Shown here: positions 13,091 through 25,466 of the stretch, piece after piece
Layout of the letters: each line of letters begins with the position of its first letter
Numbering within the stretch: the first letter of the stretch is position 1
Assembly (NCBI RefSeq): GCF_001194135.2
Contig: NC_068999.1
Coordinates: forward strand, 24,061,758 to 24,125,757
DNA length: 64,000 nt
Direction: 5' to 3'
Origin: Octopus bimaculoides
Taxonomy: Eukaryota
Translations under genes and position numbers: made by a program
Notes under the pieces: generated by a model
What the model saw: only the letters and a program-made list of their open reading frames with translations
Database searches by the model: none
Told to the model about the DNA's origin: nothing

Positions 13091-14622
13091 CTAAGATTCA
13101 GCTATTATTTTTAGTAAGTCAAATGACCCTGTAGTAGCTCCTTTGTGGGCTTGAGTAATCTGTAGAAGTTCCCTTGTTTGGCTGAAGTGAACACATAGAG
13201 GATTGTTCATTGCCTTGAGTTTTACTGTGTAAAGAATTCTTTGTTGACTGGAGAATTTCCTGCATTTGGTGTCTGTGTGCATGTGGTGGTGAAACAGGAT
13301 ATGGCATGAAGAGGGGTTTGTGAGGGATTTTGTGTATATGGTGTTGGAAACAAAACAAGTAGCAAATATAATTGCTGCTTTGTTTTGTTCATAAAAATAA
13401 AATATTTTGGAATAAGTAAAGGTTATAATTGAAGTACTTGTCTATCATGCATTGATTACAAATAATCAACTAAAAATATGTTCAGTTACCCTTCCTTGAA
13501 GTAGAGGGTTGTTTTGCCAAGAAAGATATTTGAAATTTGTTAAAATCAATAAACTATCCAACATAAAGATTAAAAATCATAAAATACATATATGCATTCT
13601 GAAACTTAAAACAAAATATGAAGACAACTTAGAAAATATTGAAACATATGAAAAAAAAAAAATTACTTCAGAAATGGAAAGATGATATCAAGAAGTCATT
13701 AATGAAAATCAATGGTTTTACTGAAAACATTGATTTTATTTATTGTTGGCTCAATGATGAAATAGTGGTAAAATTTGAATTTTATAGGGAAATAAAAAAA
13801 ATGATACAGTAAATTCTAAAGACATTACTAATATGAATTTTAGAGACTTGTATATTACTGCTCAGAAAAATAATATTACTTTAGTTTAGTTACAATACTT
13901 TTAATGGTCCTGTTTATGATAACAAATATTACATTGAAATGAAAACCATAATCTATAAACTAAATGATTTATAACAGTATTTTCAACAACAAATCTTTAG
14001 GTTTTGATTCTAAGTTTGAAGATTGATTAACATTACCATTAAAGATGTAAAAGCTACATAACAAAGATACAAACACAAAATACATAAATGTTGTTTGGAT
14101 TTAAAATATTCAAGTTTTATTTCAATTTTTCCCATATTTCATGTGACTGGCCTTCATATCTCAGGTCAAAGTATTGTCATTTGCTCATGCAATATTACTA
14201 TAACAGTAGTATAATTTAGTGTAAGACATAAGAATAAACTGTAATTCAATCAGCAATGATATGTACTACTGCATACACCATTGTGTAGTAAGGGTATCGC
14301 TAGTATTTAACATGAAGGCAACTTTATGTGGCACTTTTTACAGAAGGTAGCCGTCTAACATGTCACTAAACTCCTAGAGTCTGGTGAGGTTTAGCAGTGT
14401 AGAAATGGTTAGGGAAGGTCTGAACAACCTCCAAATGTTACATAAGTCAAGGGGTTAAGAAATAAGGTTAAAAATGATAAGAGTTAAGTTAGTAGTTTAT
14501 TGGGGTTACTTTTACAGAATTTTACATGTCGAACTGGTCTTTCACAATTAATTGGTCTATGAATTTAGGATGTCTCATAGTTAGGAGATTGGGCTTACAA
14601 TCTGAAAATCTGTAGTGGGTAC

Positions 14623-14663
<41 letters not shown>

Positions 14664-14669
14664 TATATG

Positions 14670-15040
14670 TGGAGGCCCAGTGGTTAGGGCAGTGGACTCG
14701 CGGTCATAGGATTGCGGTTTCGATTCCCAGACCGGGCGTTGTGAGTGTTTATTGAGTGAAAACACCTAAAGCTCCACGAGGCTCCAGCAGGGGATGGTGG
14801 CGAACCCTGCTGTACTCTTCCACCACAACTTTCTCTCATTCTTACTTCCTGTTTCTGTTGTGCCTGTAATTCAAAGGGTCAGCCTTGTCACACTGTGTCA
14901 CGCTGAATATCCCCGAGAACTACGTTAAGGGTACACGTGTCTGTGGAGTGCTCAGCCACTTGCACGTTAATTTCATGAGCAGGCTGTTCCGTTGATCGGA
15001 TCAACTGGAACCCTCGACGTCGTAAGCGACGGAGTGCCAA
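14670..15040 (+). mobile_element. Young tRNA-derived SINE (family E), CpG-rich
   Basis: A-box-like GGCCCAGTGGTTAG and B-box-like GGTTTCGATTCC in a tRNA-like head, a ~300-bp body, and many retained CpGs. It interrupts the PLE ORF. Confidence 0.8.
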
Positions 15041-15044
15041 TAGT

Positions 15045-15560
15045 TCTATTTAGCACGCACAAATTTTTATCTCTGCATGAACAGCTGGTTTCATATTGTG
15101 GTTTTTGTGTGTTGTGTGTGATTATATTTTTAAAATTAGCAGTTGAGCTGAAACTGATTTTTAAGTTATGTCTGTTGAAGATCTTTCTATAACTATGGTT
15201 GACTGGAAAGTGTCTATTTATCAGTGCTAAGAAATACTTGCCTATATTAAAGGTCACTTCGGGTGAGTAGGGGTGTGTGAACCAGATAGTTTTCCTATTT
15301 CTATGCTTTCTTCTCTTTGCTACTGGACTGGTGGTAGGTGTATAGGTTATTTCCTCCTTAAAACCACTATCTTTTAAAGTCTTACTGTATACTGGGGCAA
15401 CACTGTTAAAAATATCCCTATCAGAGGAGTGTCTAGAAATTCTTTTAGTAATGTTTTTAACTAAATTTTTAAACACTATGGGGGGATGGCAGGAACCCAC
15501 ATTGATATATCAATGTAGTAAACTTTTAGAAAATTCACCACCAGTGGCCTAGCATGCATA
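15045..15560 (-). mobile_element. Penelope-like element fragment, Naiad-type (RT thumb/linker to start of GIY-YIG zinc-binding region)
   Basis: HPPIVFKNLVKNITKRISRHSSDRDIFNSVAPVYSKTLKDSGF..RKTIWFTHPYSPEVTFNIGKYFLALINRHFP..KIFNRHNLKISFS..CSCRDKNLC matches the PLE motif HPP..KRIS..F....P.Y...L..SG..R.IIWFNPPYS..V..NIG..FL.LI.KHFP..KIFNR...KISYS. Confidence 0.85.
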
Positions 15561-15812
15561 AAAAGTCAATAGACAACATATTCTCAATATAAAATAGTGT
15601 ACATTTAAACACAAGAGAAAACTACCTTCAACAGGTAGCACTGACCACTTCCCAGCCCCAAGCAAGGTTTTGTGTCCAAAGAAGGAAAGGTACGCATAAG
15701 TGGGCTGGCTATAGATATATATATATATAGTATGTATGTATATGCATATATATGTATATATATAGTATGTATGTATGTATATGCATATATATGTATATAT
15801 ATAGTATGTTTG

Positions 15813-15869
<57 letters not shown>

Positions 15870-16583
15870 NNNNNNNNNNNNNNNNNNNNNNNNNNNNNNN
15901 NNNNNNNNNNNNNNNNNNNNNNNNNNNNNNNNNNNNNNNNNNNNNNNNNNNNNNNNNNNNNNNNNNNNNNNNNNNNNNNNNNNNNNNNNNNNNNNNNNNN
16001 NNNNNNNNNNNNNNNNNNNNNNNNNNNNNNNNNNNNNNNNNNNNNNNNNNNNNNNNNNNNNNNNNNNNNNNNNNNNNNNNNNNNNNNNNNNNNNNNNNNN
16101 NNNNNNNNNNNNNNNNNNNNNNNNNNNNNNNNNNNNNNNNNNNNNNNNNNNNNNNNNNNNNNNNNNNNNNNNNNNNNNNNNNNNNNNNNNNNNNNNNNNN
16201 NNNNNNNNNNNNNNNNNNNNNNNNNNNNNNNNNNNNNNNNNNNNNNNNNNNNNNNNNNNNNNNNNNNNNNNNNNNNNNNNNNNNNNNNNNNNNNNNNNNN
16301 NNNNNNNNNNNNNNNNNNNNNNNNNNNNNNNNNNNNNNNNNNNNNNNNNNNNNNNNNNNNNNNNNNNNNNNNNNNNNNNNNNNNNNNNNNNNNNNNNNNN
16401 NNNNNNNNNNNNNNNNNNNNNNNNNNNNNNNNNNNNNNNNNNNNNNNNNNNNNNNNNNNNNNNNNNNNNNNNNNNNNNNNNNNNNNNNNNNNNNNNNNNN
16501 NNNNNNNNNNNNNNNNNNNNNNNNNNNNNNNNNNNNNNNNNNNNNNNNNNNNNNNNNNNNNNNNNNNNNNNNNNNNNNNNNNN

Positions 16584-16640
<57 letters not shown>

Positions 16641-16749
16641 ATATACATACATATTATATACATATGTATACATACATACATACATACATACATACATACA
16701 TGTTAATCTACATAAAAAGGGATAAATATCTGTGATCAGTGTGATTATT

Positions 16750-16930
16750 AGGCATTAAGTGATGTATACCAGAAATAAGACTGCGATGGTATGGAGATGT
16801 TCTATGAATGGTGGATGAAAAATAGTTGTATATGTTGACTGTGGAAGGTACATGTGTCAGACAAATAAATGTATGAGAAAAATGTGAATTTTGACCTCAC
16901 ATGCACAAGAAGAAAAGGCTTGGACAAGTA
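16750..16930 (+). mobile_element. RTE LINE C-terminal relic
   Basis: RLRWYGDVL..LTVEGTC resembles the RTE motif RRLRWYGHV..LTVEGTC. Confidence 0.6.
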
Positions 16931-17499
16931 GATAGAATAAAACAACCATTTATTTCACATGATATTTGGGACACAGAAATGTTTTTGTAATGCTTATATG
17001 AGTGATGAATTAGGTGTTATAATGACTGAAATTTAAATGTACATTTATGTGCATATGCAGCTGTTTATTTGCAATTTATACAAGTCTTATATTGAGATTT
17101 GATAATTGTTCTTTCAAGCTTAAACAATATTTTACTGTATTATAATCATTCTTTACTTAGAAAGATGCTTTGCTGTTCATTTTGTTTTTTAATATATATA
17201 TTGCCACTGGTATATAATCTATTTATTTGAATATAAGCTATATGTCTATTAAAATTGAGTCAGGGACTGAACATTAGATTTTACAAAAACACAGGAATAA
17301 AGACAGGAATTTCAATAAAGTGGAAAGAAAGATTTAACTTAATAACTAACAAGAAGAAGAGAATTTGCTTTATAAGAAACATTATTAGTGGAGTGGGGGT
17401 GGGGTGCAGAACATAGTCCATTAAAATGGTACAAAATGAGGAATGGAGAGGAGGACAGCATGAAATCCTCTGCATTCACTATATCAGCTGAGCATTCCT

Positions 17500-17755
17500 A
17501 TTCTTGCAGGCTCATGGATGCCAGTGCCATGTAAAAAGCACCCATGCTGGTGCCACGGAAAAGCACTTGTGCCAGTGCTGTGTAAAGACATCCGATATAC
17601 TCTGTAAAGTGGTTGGGATTTGAAAGGGGATTCAACCGTAGAAACCATGCCAAAATAAACTTGGAACCTGGGCAGCTCTCCAGCTGACCAGCTCCTGTCA
17701 AACTGTCCATTCCATGCCAGTATGGAAAATGGACATTAAATGATGATGATGATGA
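17500..17755 (+). mobile_element. RTE 3' UTR/tail relic
   Basis: GTGCCATGTAAAAAGCACCC..CCATGCCAGTATGGAAAATGGACATTAAATGATGATGATGAT. Confidence 0.8.
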
Positions 17756-17914
17756 TAAGAGAAGGTTTTCTTTTGAATGTACTCTTGAATGACAGTGTCT
17801 GAATGGATGCACCACCTGAGAAATGAGACCAGAAGATCATAGTGAATGTTCATTTAGCTAATGAGTTAGCTTCCTTTTTCTTTTTCAATCAGTAACATGT
17901 TGGTACAAACGACA

Positions 17915-18340
17915 TAGGTGCAGGCATGGCTCTGTGGTAAGAAGTTTGCTTCCCAACCACATTGTTCCTGGTTCAATCCCACTGTGTGGCACTTTGGGCA
18001 AGTGTCTTCTACAATAGCCTCAAGCTGACCAAAGCCTTCTGAGTGGATTTGGTAGACGGAAACCAAAAGAAGTGCATCCTCTCTCTGTCACACACACATC
18101 TGTATATGCCTATATCTATGTGTGTGTGTGTGTGTGTCCGTGTTTGTCCCCCATTACTGCTTGACAGTTGGTGTTAGTGTGTTTACATCTCCATAACTTA
18201 GTAGTTAAGCAAAAGAAACTGATAGAATAAGTTCCAGGATTAAAAAAAAAACTACTGGGGTCAATTCATTCAACTGAAATCCTTCAAGATGATGCCCCAG
18301 CATAGCCACAGTCTAATGATTGAAACAAGCGAAAGAGAAA
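17915..18340 (+). mobile_element. SINE family A copy
   Basis: Head, (TG)n and tail are all present. Confidence 0.85.
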
Positions 18341-18988
18341 AAATAGAGGAGGAAAATTAGGCTACTCTTTCTAGCTGGTTGAGCAACCACATAAAGATTA
18401 ACTCACTAGCAGCATAAGGCAGGGACACTTACAAATTCAAGTAATGATAGATGTGACCTGCATACTCAGTTTCTTCTTTTCTATGCAGTGAGCTGTTAAA
18501 TTTGAAATAGTGGAATATATTTAGGCAGTGCGTAAAACTAGCAGTTACTGGAGGTAGAAATATTTATTGGTTTCAAAGAGAAAGCTAAATCTCCTTGTGG
18601 TTTTGGCTATGTTTAGAATATAAAATGTCTAGCAGAAGTTGTAAGTGATAAGGAGTTGTAACCTACAGACTGAAATAGGGCTGTTGAATTGGGAGGAATT
18701 GTCATGAAAAGTCGGTATTATTCAGCTTGTGTCTTAAAATAAATTAAAATACTTAACTGCTTTGATACTAAACTGCCAGAGATCACTTCTAAAACTTTCT
18801 GCTTTAAAGTAATCTAAAAACTTGCATCAAAATTTCACATTTATATTCCAAGTTGATCTGAATAAATTCTACTAAATTTTTTACTACATTTTTCATTATT
18901 TTCAAAGTTGAAACAAAATCAGTGTATTTTAATGAAAATATGGTGACGAAAAAATGATCTAGTTGTCAAATGTCTATTGGAATGTTTG

Positions 18989-19207
18989 CCCTTTAACATT
19001 TAAACCAGTCATATCAGGCCAAAATTTTCTACCTGTTTTATGTTTATAATGGCCAGATCCAGCCTATCACACCTGCCCTAAAATTTCATCCTAAAAATAA
19101 CAATCACATCACCAAAATCTCAAAGCTACAAGATAATGCAGGATTAATTCAAAATGACGTGAATAAATAACCATTACATTTGACAGAGTAATCTGAATGC
19201 TATAAGG
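18989..19207 (-). mobile_element. piggyBac-like MITE (same family as 57723-57940, opposite orientation)
   Basis: Ends CCCTTTAACATT ... AATGCTATAAGG|TTAA. The internal sequence is the reverse complement of the 57.7-kb copy. Confidence 0.7.
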
Positions 19208-19783
19208 TTAAGTGAAGATTTTCATTAGGAAAAGCTGACAATTGTTGGTTGCTAGCATTGATACACACACAAGGAAGCAGTGGGCTAGTAGAGATTGTAT
19301 AATTGCATAGCTTTCAACAAGGTTATGCAAATTAACAATTTTCTGTTTCGCAGTATTCTTTAAATCCAGTCTCCAGTGTGTGCTGTTGATGTTAGCAACA
19401 AACAAATATATTCCATCATTGGATGCTTTCACTTAACCTGCCAATATACATCTGACAATGAGGTCATCTTTAAAAATATATACTTATTTCAAGCAATGAA
19501 ATCTGAATCACTATGTCAATCACATGTAACTATAAATGAAATTAAGTGTGATTGACGGAGCTTTTCAAGAAAAGAAGACAGTAAGAGAAATGAAAAATCC
19601 TCACAGGATGCCAAATTTGTGGCAGTAATGAAATGAATGTCTTTAACATGGATGAAACAATCAATGAGGAAATTCCTTATGCAAAAAATCTTTTAGTTCT
19701 CACTGCATATTAATATCTAAATATATTTTAGCATAGATATATATTTCATTTCATATTCATTAATATTATTATTCTTTTTAAAG

Positions 19784-20228
19784 TGGCAAGGTGGCAGAGT
19801 TGTTAGCAAGCTGAGCAAAATGTTTAGTGATATTTCATCTGTATTTATGTTCTGGGTTCAAATCCTGCCAAGGTTGACATTACCTTTCATCCTTTTAGGG
19901 TCGATAAAATAAGTACCAGTTGAACACTGGGGTCAATGCAGTTGACTTACCCTGCCTCCTGAAATTACTGGCCATGTGCCAAAATTTGAAACCAATATGA
20001 TTATTCTTTTTAAGGTGGTGAGCTGGCAGAATTATTAGCATGCCAGGCAAAATGCTTTGTGGCGTTTTGTCTGTCTTTACATTCTAAGTTCAAATTCTAC
20101 TGAGGTAAATTTTGCCTTTCATCCTTTTTGGGGTCAATAAAATAAGCACCAGTTGAATACTGGAGTCAGTGTAATCAACTTACTCCTTACCCCGAAACTG
20201 CTGGGTTTGTGCCAAAATTTGAAACCAA
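19784..20228 (+). mobile_element. Two SINE C copies in direct tandem
   Basis: Heads near 19784 and 20012, each ending in GTGCCAAAATTTGAAACCAATA. Confidence 0.85.
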
Positions 20229-21789
20229 TAAAATTATTTTTCTTTTTATAAATATTTTTTTCTCTTTCACTAGTTTCAGTTTATTTGCTTATGGCCATGC
20301 TGGGGCACTAGACAGGTTGTTTATATTGATCTGCAGCACTTTGTCTACTGCTTATTTTATTGTTCTTGCAAAATACAAACTGCAAAATGGACACTGACAG
20401 AAAGGGAGATCATTTAATTAGAAAATAATTTTGGCTCAGTATTTACTTTTAAATGCACCAGTTCTCACCCCCACATTAGTATAAGAACACACACACACAC
20501 ACACTACACCTCTTCCGCTACCATTGTCATTGTTGTTGTTTTTTATGTCCACTATTATCAGTGCTGGTACGGGCTGGTTGAAACGTGAATGCTGCACCTG
20601 TCTCTTTTACTAGATAAGAAAAGAAAAAAAAATAAGAAACTGCAAAATATGTTTATAATTTAGATGAATAGGTATGTTCTAAAAGTTTAAATGTGAAATG
20701 AGGTATTTGTTGCAGAAGCTGCACATATAGGATTGAGTTCCAGCTAAAGTACTTTGTGCTTAGTGCAAATATGATGCATAAAAGGTACAATGTCAAGTTT
20801 ATTAACCAATCAAAACTTTAGATTTTAAGTAGTAAATAGATTACATGAAGTAGCATATGACTTCTTATACTTTGATGGCATGTTTAGTACTGGAGGTAGA
20901 ACTCATAAATATATAAAAGAATGTTCAAGACGTGGAGGAAGAGAAATTTATTAGAAACAGAAAGTTTTGTATGGACATTAAATTGGACATGAAGAATTTA
21001 TTGACATCAGTGAGATGATACTGGATGCATGGAAATTTGACATTTAATGGACCATCCAACATATGCCAGAAATGAAATACAGATGTGATAATGATGATGC
21101 TGATGATGATGCATTGTTCAGAATATATTTTATTTATGAATATTCTTATTGATTTCTAAGAGAGGTACAAAGCCATAAATGTTGGGAGGAAAGTAACAGT
21201 TGTTTACTATTACTTATTTTATCAAACCTGTGAGAATAAAAAAATATGCTGCCTTTAGCAAGATTTGAGCTCAAAATGTACAGTGAGGTAGTTGTCTGAT
21301 GATCTGATGCTGAGTGCATAATATTAAATTATCTTCAACACCTTATGATTCAACATATAATCTTCATGACTGGAAATTGGCTTTTTGCTTCTATTATTAA
21401 TTCTTTGTTGCCATACAATATTACACATTTGTGTATTTGAATCAAGCAACTTTCATTTTCTAAGGAAAGGGAATCGCTTTGTTAAACCCAGTATTATGCA
21501 AATTGAAATTTGTAATGACACATGGTCAGATTAATTTCTCCAAATTTATGTGTGGAAATTTCTGTCTGTCTGTTTCTTATATGTATGCATTTATGCAAGC
21601 ATTTCTTTCTTCTTTTTTATATTTATCAGAATTCTTCGTAAAAGGAAGGAGCTATCTCTAATAAAGAAACAAAGCACCATCACTGGTATTTGGATGACAG
21701 TAATGATAAACACTATACTTTAGAAAAACCTTGCATATTTTCTCTTTTATATTTAGAGGTTTTATTTGTTAATCGTGTGTTAGTTCGTT

Positions 21790-22330
21790 ACTTTCTTTTC
21801 CTGATAATCTTTGATTTCTTAGAATCTCACTTAACCAATTACACCAATAATTATTGGTATAATTATGGTGAGTTTATAACCAGGATAGAAGAGCTGCTGG
21901 TTTTGAAGCAGTTGTCCATAAGTATTCACCTTCTTGCTGATTTTAGAAGAGTTTGTAGGGCAGTTCATTTGTATGGCCATACATGACATTTCTTTTCTGT
22001 CCTAAATCAAGGCTTGTTCTACTCTGTTCTGTCTCATATCAGGCTTGTTATATTTGCACTTGGTAGAAGTTCTCATGAAAAATGTTCTGTCAATATTTCT
22101 TGTGTTGCTATGTATGCATTCAACAACAGAGATGTTGTCTATATTAATCCTAGAGAAGAAGTCTTCTCTAGGGTTGGAATTGTATATTGTTTTAGCAACA
22201 GCATTATGCTACATTGGGAGGTTGTAATTTAATTACATTTCTGGGCAGCTGCTGATCACATTTATGTCCTCCATAGAACAGTGATATAATCAACATTTAT
22301 GGTTGCTTCTTGGAAGTTTAAGAGCTTCAC
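21790..22330 (-). mobile_element. Decayed R4/Dong-like RLE LINE 3' region (CCHC knuckle and PD-(D/E)xK endonuclease)
   Basis: Minus strand: EDINVISSCPEM*..*HNAVAKTIYN; KCKYNKPD; NCPTNSSKISKKVNTYGQLLQNQQLFYPGYKLTIIIPIIIGVIG (cf. HD.VAK.IH, HN.PD, IPIIVGALG). Confidence 0.7.
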
Positions 22331-22459
22331 TATCTCTTTTATTCATTAGATTTTTTCAGTAATCTGCTGTTTTTTTATTACAAAAGCATAATCTTCAAGA
22401 AGTGATATGATTGTTATTAGTCCAAGAGAGGGTACACCTCATGTTAACATTATTATACT

Positions 22460-22868
22460 GGTAGAATCATTAGCATGCCAGGCAAAATGCTTAGTATTTT
22501 ATCTATCTTCACATTCTGAGTTCAAATTTTGCCAAGTTTGACTTTGCCTTTCATCCTTTTCAGGGTCAAAAAATAAGTACCAGTTGAATACTGGGGTGAA
22601 TGTAATTGACTTACACCCCTTCTCCAAAATTGTGCTAAAATTTGAAATCAATATTATTATATTGGCAGAATCACAAGCATGCTGGGTAAAAATACTTATC
22701 AGCATTTTGTCCTTCTTTATATTCTGAGTTCAAATTCTGCTGAGGTTGACTTTGCCTTTCGTCCTTTCAAGGTCCATGAAATAAGTACAAGTTGAGCACT
22801 AGAGTTGATGCAATTGACTTACCTTCTTCCCTGAGCTTGCTGGCCTTGTGCCAAAATATGAAATCAAT
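22460..22868 (+). mobile_element. Two SINE C copies in direct tandem
   Basis: Heads near 22460 and 22665, each with the family C body and tail. Confidence 0.85.
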
Positions 22869-23364
22869 ATTATCATGCTCTTCCAATTCACAAGAAATAT
22901 ACCCATGCATAGCCTTTTCATGGCATGTACAGTGCTTTTCATCCAAGTCTTTGCTAAGTGTATGCTAGTCTTGTACTTCTAGGTTCACAAAGAATGTCAT
23001 CAAGCAGTGATGGCTCCTGGAAGAGTATACTGCCAACTGTGGTTCCCTAGGTATATATGAAGGCATGTGTCTGTGTATATATTTGTATGGATGGTTGAGA
23101 TGTTACAAACTAGAGGAAGAGATCACAGTACACATATTAAATGTTACTTATTTGATAAAAGCTGGTGATTCACTCCATCACTTCCCTCTTTCCCTATGTA
23201 TGATCATTCAGGTAACATCATTTTGTTACCTGAATGATTGTACATGGTAAGAAACTCTGGGTTGTGATGGGCTTAATCATCAGCTTTTTTCACATGCACA
23301 CACACATATTTATACACACACTTATGCATACATACATACACACACACACATGTATATGTATGCA

Positions 23365-23413
<49 letters not shown>

Positions 23414-23414
23414 A

Positions 23415-23462
<48 letters not shown>

Positions 23463-24106
23463 AGTGTATTTATACATACATACATATATATGTATGTGTG
23501 TGTATATATATATATNNNNNNNNNNNNNNNNNNNNNNNNNNNNNNNNNNNNNNNNNNNNNNNNNNNNNNNNNNNNNNNNNNNNNNNNNNNNNNNNNNNNN
23601 NNNNNNNNNNNNNNNNNNNNNNNNNNNNNNNNNNNNNNNNNNNNNNNNNNNNNNNNNNNNNNNNNNNNNNNNNNNNNNNNNNNNNNNNNNNNNNNNNNNN
23701 NNNNNNNNNNNNNNNNNNNNNNNNNNNNNNNNNNNNNNNNNNNNNNNNNNNNNNNNNNNNNNNNNNNNNNNNNNNNNNNNNNNNNNNNNNNNNNNNNNNN
23801 NNNNNNNNNNNNNNNNNNNNNNNNNNNNNNNNNNNNNNNNNNNNNNNNNNNNNNNNNNNNNNNNNNNNNNNNNNNNNNNNNNNNNNNNNNNNNNNNNNNN
23901 NNNNNNNNNNNNNNNNNNNNNNNNNNNNNNNNNNNNNNNNNNNNNNNNNNNNNNNNNNNNNNNNNNNNNNNNNNNNNNNNNNNNNNNNNNNNNNNNNNNN
24001 NNNNNNNNNNNNNNNNNNNNNNNNNNNNNNNNNNNNNNNNNNNNNNNNNNNNNNNNNNNNNNNNNNNNNNNNNNNNNNNNNNNNNNNNNNNNNNNNNNNN
24101 NNNNNN

Positions 24107-24142
<36 letters not shown>

Positions 24143-24146
<4 letters not shown>

Positions 24147-25402
24147 TAAATTCAAAAGTCTTAGTAAGAAGGAAGGTAGACAAATCACAACTCCCTTCAG
24201 GTAGATGGTCCTGCTCGACCTGTAGAAAAGGCATAGGTAGAAACTCTGTAAGATGTACCCAGTGTAAGCCATGGACATATAAAAGATGCAACAATATCAG
24301 AGGAAGGTTAACAGGGAAAATAGCTTTTGTATGTGGAAGTTGCACAGGTACAATAAATACTGAAAATGTACACAAAATAAACTCCATCAACTGCCAGTGG
24401 GTAAGCCACTAGTAGTAGATAGCTTCTGTTATCTAAGTGACCAAGTTAGTAGCAGAAGTGGATGCTCCAAGAGCATAACTGTGAGAATAAGATTAGGCTG
24501 GGCAAAGTTCAGAGTGTTCCTACCACTGCTGGCAACAAAGGGCTTCTCTCACAGAGTGAAAGGTAGATTGGATGATGCCTGTGTGTAATCTGCTATACTA
24601 CATGGCAGTGAAACATGGGTTGTGACAGCTGAGGACATGCATAGGCTTGAAAGAAAGGAAGTCAGTATGCTTTGCTGGATGTGCAATGTCAGTGTGCATG
24701 TTCGACAGAGTGTAAGCATCTTGAGAGAAAAGTTAGGCATAAGAGGCATCAGATGCGGTATGCAAGAGAGATGACTGGGCTGGTATGGTCATGTAATGCG
24801 TATGAACGAGGACAGCTGTGAAAAGAAGTGCCAAACTCTAACTCTGGATAGACTCAGGAAGAAATGAAACAAAGTGATGAAGTATGATCTTTGAACTTTG
24901 GGCCTCACAGAGGCAATGATTAGTGACTGAGACCTTTGATAATATGCTGTGCTTGAGAAGACTCATCAAGCCAAGTGAAATTGTAGTCATGGCTGATGCT
25001 GGTGTCACATAACTGGCACCCATGCTGGTAGCACGTAAAAAAGCACCTTTTGAGTGTTGGGCCTCATGGAGGAAGAGTGGCTGAGCCCCTTTCAAGTGTT
25101 AGGCCTCATGGAGGCAATGACTGAGACCTTTGACATTATCTTGTGCTTGAGAAGAAGACCCATCAAGCTGAGCAAAATCACAGTTGTAGAAGATACTAAT
25201 GTCACACAAATGTCACACAAATGTCACACAAATGGCACATAAAAGTACCCATTACACCTTTGGAGTGGTTGGCGTTAGGAAGGGCATCCAGCAGTAGAAA
25301 TCATACCAAATCAGACTGGAGTCTGGTGCAGCTTGCCAGCCCTGGTCAAACTGTCCAACCCATGCCAGCATGGACAATGGACGTTAAATGATGATGATGA
25401 TG
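24143..25402 (+). mobile_element. 5'-truncated RTE LINE with PHD-like zinc finger, C-terminus and (GAT)n tail
   Basis: GRWSCSTCRKGIGRNSVRCTQCKPWTYKRCNNIRGRLTGKIAFVCGSC; VVDSFCYLSD..IRLGWAKFRVFLPLL; CNVSVHVRQSVSILREKLGIRGIRCGMQER*LGWYGHVMRMNED; tail ACGTTAAATGATGATGATGAT. Stops and frameshifts are present. Confidence 0.9.
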
Positions 25403-25435
25403 ATTATATATGTATATATACATGTATATAAATGC

Positions 25436-25466
<31 letters not shown>

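Noticed and set aside
14670-14745. tRNA-like sequences (also 55478-55550 and the SINE A/C heads)
   Set aside because: A/B boxes run into SINE bodies, with no complete cloverleaf or acceptor stem. They are not tRNA genes.
15630-15710. CTGACCA...GAAAGGTA as a hammerhead next to the first PLE
   Set aside because: The core is mutated and no stem I or stem III pairing could be built.
15549-16735. Long ORFs of 300+ aa (also 2619-3473, 23234-24412, 28397-28936, 36553-37325, 41075-41458)
   Set aside because: They are open only because of N-runs and (TA)n/(CA)n microsatellites. Only the RTE-derived portions are meaningful.
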